Below are positions 13,200 to 64,000 of a stretch of 64,000 nucleotides of DNA, piece after piece. The notes beneath the pieces were generated by a model. It ran no database searches. It worked only from the letters and a program-made list of their open reading frames with translations, and was not told the DNA's origin. A program made the position numbers and the translations under genes. The DNA comes from Octopus vulgaris (lineage: Eukaryota): positions 20,646,001 to 20,710,000 of the forward strand of contig OX597833.1 of NCBI GenBank assembly GCA_951406725.2. The letters run 5' to 3'. The number at the start of each line of letters is the position of its first letter. Position 1 is the stretch's first letter.

Positions 13200-14830
13200 A
13201 TATCACAGACATACAGATATGATATTAGTGTACTGTGATTGTGGTACTATTTGAAGTGGTATATAGTGATTCAGATGTGGTACCCTATAGCATTGTTTAC
13301 TGTGACATTGTATAATTGTGTACTGTAACTTAGATGTGATACTATTATAGAGTAATGTACTGTGACATAGATATAACACAGTATTGTATATAGTATTGTA
13401 CTGTGACACAGATATATGATATTATAATACTGTAACACTATATAGTTTACTATGAATTATTTGTGATACTGATACAACACCGACTTCCTGAACACTAATG
13501 GTCTGGATCCTCTTATAATCTATACTAATTTACTCTAAGGAATAGGTACCTGTATTTCATTTAATTGTTTTAAGTAAATTTAGTATTTGTTTAATTTAGA
13601 TCTCGAATAGCCAATTACATACCAACGTGAAACTAATAACAGAAACTATTGAAACAAGGAGATGGAAATGGCTGGGTTGAGTTTGTTGCGATAAACCAAA
13701 CTCAGTTATCAGGATTGCTTTGCATTGGGTTCCACAAGGTAAAAGACATGGTCAACCAAAGCAAATGTGGTGGAGAACAATAATGGGTCTTAAAAGCAGA
13801 GGGTTAACAAGGAACAAGCTGTCCAGGACACTTTCAGTGTTAGAAGGTGGAATGATCTTGCTGTCGCCTTAAGTACCACAAGGCACAATGAGAACCAAAT
13901 GAATGAATGATTAATTTAGAGGTGATCACCACCTAGTGTGGAAAAACCATTAATCTGGTAAGGCTTTGGAACCAAAGGTTCTAGAAAACAACATTCTGCA
14001 TATACTATACAGAGGTATATTTTGGCACAGATGTTATACAGAAGTATATTGTGACACTATATGGTCATATACTATGATTTAGATTCGATACTATTTCTTG
14101 GTGTATTGTGGTTCAGATATATAGTAGCGTACTGTGACATAGATATGATACAGTATAGTGTTGTAAGTGATGTACTGTGACACCGGTATGATACAATATA
14201 GTAGTGTACTATGGCACATGTACAATACACCACTGTATGCACCCCTATACGTGTTACATGTATAGGGGTGTAACATGACACTGATGTGATATTTTATGGC
14301 ATTACTGTGACATAATGGAGTACAGGACATGGCACAATATGGTAGTGTACAGTGACATTATAATGTTACATGCTGTGACACAGATGTAATGTTATATAGT
14401 GGTGATCTCTAATGCATGCGACACAATATTGTTGTGGACTGTGACATAGATGAGACTATTGTACAGATGTGATATTGCATTATAGGTGGACTGTTACAGT
14501 GCATCTAACATTGTATAATGGAGTACTATGACACAGATGTTACATTGTAACATTGTATACTGTGACATATTTAACAATATATAGTCATGTGCTGTGACAA
14601 CAGATGTAACATTGTATTGTAGCGTTGAGTGATATTGATGTTAACATAGCATACAGTCTTATAATACATCTGACATCTCATAATGTGGTACTGTGATAGA
14701 TATGTTAACATAAAGTGGTGTACTATCACATAGATAAACATTACGTTGTATGCTGAGATGTATTTAACAACATATTGTCATGTATTGTGACAACAAAGGT
14801 AACATTGTTCAGCAGTGGGGTGTGATATAG
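13200..14830. repeat. Degenerate minisatellite with a unit of about 41 bp (core TAGTGTACTGTGACACAGAT), split by other insertions at about 13480-14000
   Basis: Recurrent GTACTGTGACA/CTGTGACACAGAT at roughly 41-bp spacing. Confidence 0.75.
13610..13900 (+). mobile_element. RTE-clade LINE 3' remnant
   Basis: Translation ETRRWKWLG*V..KPNSVIRIALHWVPQGKR.GQPKQMWWRT resembles the RTE C-terminal RRWRWIGH...GRPxxTW motif. Confidence 0.7.
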
Positions 14831-15411
14831 ATATTATTTATTTCTTTATTGCCCACAGGGGACTAAACATAGAGGGGACAAATAAGGACAGACAAAGGGA
14901 TTAAGTCGATTACATCGACCCCAGTATGTAACTGGTACTTATTTAATCGACCCCGAAAGGATGAAAGGTAAAGTCGACCATGGCAGAATTTGAACTCAGA
15001 ACGTAACAGATGAAATACCGCTAAGCATTTCGCCCTGTGTGCTAACGATTCTGCCAGCTCGCTGCCCTAATATAGATATTAATATTGTGCCTAATCTATG
15101 TCATATTGACGTATATGGCAATATATAAAAGATATGTGAAAAGCTGTCAAAAGCTGCAGCCCCATCTCAACACTCTCCCTAGATATATACTACAACCCTA
15201 TCAAATTAATAAGCATCTCAGATTACTAAATACAATCTCTGTTGATAAGGTCCATCTTTGTTTTTACAATAGCTCCATCTCTTTCCCTCTCTCCTCCATT
15301 TTCTTCTTCTCCTCAGTCTACACTTCCTTATCTCTCTCTCTCTCTCTTACTCTTTCTCTCACCTCATCTAAGTCCCCCCACCGTCCTTACCCACTTTCCC
15401 CACTTCCCTCA

Positions 15412-62602
<47,191 letters not shown>

Positions 62603-64000
62603 CTGGGGAATATCATTAAAGAAAAACAGAACAATTGATTAATTACTTTATTTCTTTCAGTAATTTTGAAGCAGAATCTGAAAATTTGATAAAGGTTCTT
62701 TTGTATTTTCCATATTTCAGCCATGGCAGCAGAAGCAGCTTCTGTCATTTATTGCGGTAGATATTCTACAGCGAGATGCACTTTCTGTTGCCAACCTTCA
62801 CATGTTTCCAAGCAAGGTAAACTTCCTCGCTTAAGGCAGCGAGCTGGCAGAATCGTTAGCATGCCAGGCAAAATGCTTAGTGGTATTTTGTCTGCCGTTA
62901 CGTTCTGAGTTCGAATTCTGCCGAGGTTGACTTTGCCTTTCATCCTTTTGGGGTCGATAAATTAAGTACCAGTTACGCACTGGGGTCGATGTAATCGACT
63001 TAATCCGTTTGTCTGTCCTTGTTTGTCACCTCTAAGTTTAGCCCCTTGTGGGCAATAAAGGAATAGGAATAAAGTAAACTTCCTCATAACTAGATGTGTT
63101 TGCACAGAACTTTGGTTTCAAATTTTGGCTCAAAACCATCAAGTTTAGTGGAGGTCTAAGTCGATTACATCGACCCCAGTGCTCAATTGGTACTTATTTT
63201 ATCAACCCCAAAAGAATGAAAGGCAAAGTCCACCCCAGTGGCATTTGTACTCAGAACATGATAACAGGACCAGGAGGAGGTAGTGAGGTTATAGGGCCTT
63301 ACTTCAGTTGAGAGTAAACATGATAAATTTTGTCCTCTTGCTAAGCATTTCATGTGGCATGCTAATGATTCTGCCAGCTTACAGAATATTCTTTTCTACT
63401 CCAGACACAAGGGCTGAAATTTTGGGGGAGGGGGCAAGTCGATTAGATTCCGCCGAGGTCGACTTTGCCTTTCATCCTTTTGGGGTCGATAAATTAAGTA
63501 CCAGTTACGCACTGGGATCGATATAATCGACTTAATCCGTTTGTCTGTCCTTGTTTGTCCTCTCTGTGTTTAGCCCCTTGTGGGTAGTAAAGAAATAGGT
63601 ACTTGATTTATCAACCCCAAAAGGATGAAAGGCAAAGTCGACCTTGGCAGAATTTGAACTCAGAACATAAAGACGGACGAAATAACGCTAAGCATTTCGC
63701 CCGGTGTGCTAATGTTTCTGCCAGCTCACCGCCTTAAGCTCACAGAATATTGGAAATGAAATGACACTACCCGTGTAACTGTGGCATTCATTCAAAACTA
63801 TCATATAATGTAAGGACAAAGAGACACAAAAACACACAACAGATTTCTTTCAGTTTCTGTCTACACATTCTATTGACAAATCTTTGGTTGGCTCCAAGCT
63901 ATACTAGAAGACACTGGCCCCTGGTGCCACACATGGTTAGAAAGAAAAATTATAGACCATATAGCCATATCTACAACTATATAATATGTATGTGTGTGTG

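Overview
AT-rich, repeat-dense animal genomic DNA. The SINE, LINE and microsatellite content suggests an octopus or other coleoid cephalopod (inference). The only host gene I can support is the 3' part of cytoplasmic dynein-2 heavy chain (DYNC2H1) on the minus strand: 17 GT-AG exons from 62602 down to the TAA stop at 15412, joining in phase into 906 codons (buttress, AAA6, lid and C-terminal domain). The rest is transposon-derived: three or more SINE families, Tx1/L1-, RTE-, R4/Dong- and Penelope-like remnants, Tc1/mariner, hAT, piggyBac-like and Helitron elements, a 5S rRNA pseudogene, and nested GG-terminated DNA elements with 8-9 bp TSDs (Merlin-like), including a 2.9 kb foldback with about 1.3 kb near-identical arms. 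The most striking signal the ORF track misses is a set of minimal type I hammerhead-ribozyme folds in the dynein introns, mostly in palindromic Penelope-like insertions. They include a repeated family with a swapped G3-C8 core pair, an A6U variant, one intact copy on the dynein pre-mRNA strand, and an element joining a tRNA-like head to a hammerhead tail (candidate Penelope-driven SINE). All ribozyme calls are hand-folded predictions, and homology calls come from recognising motifs rather than from database searches.
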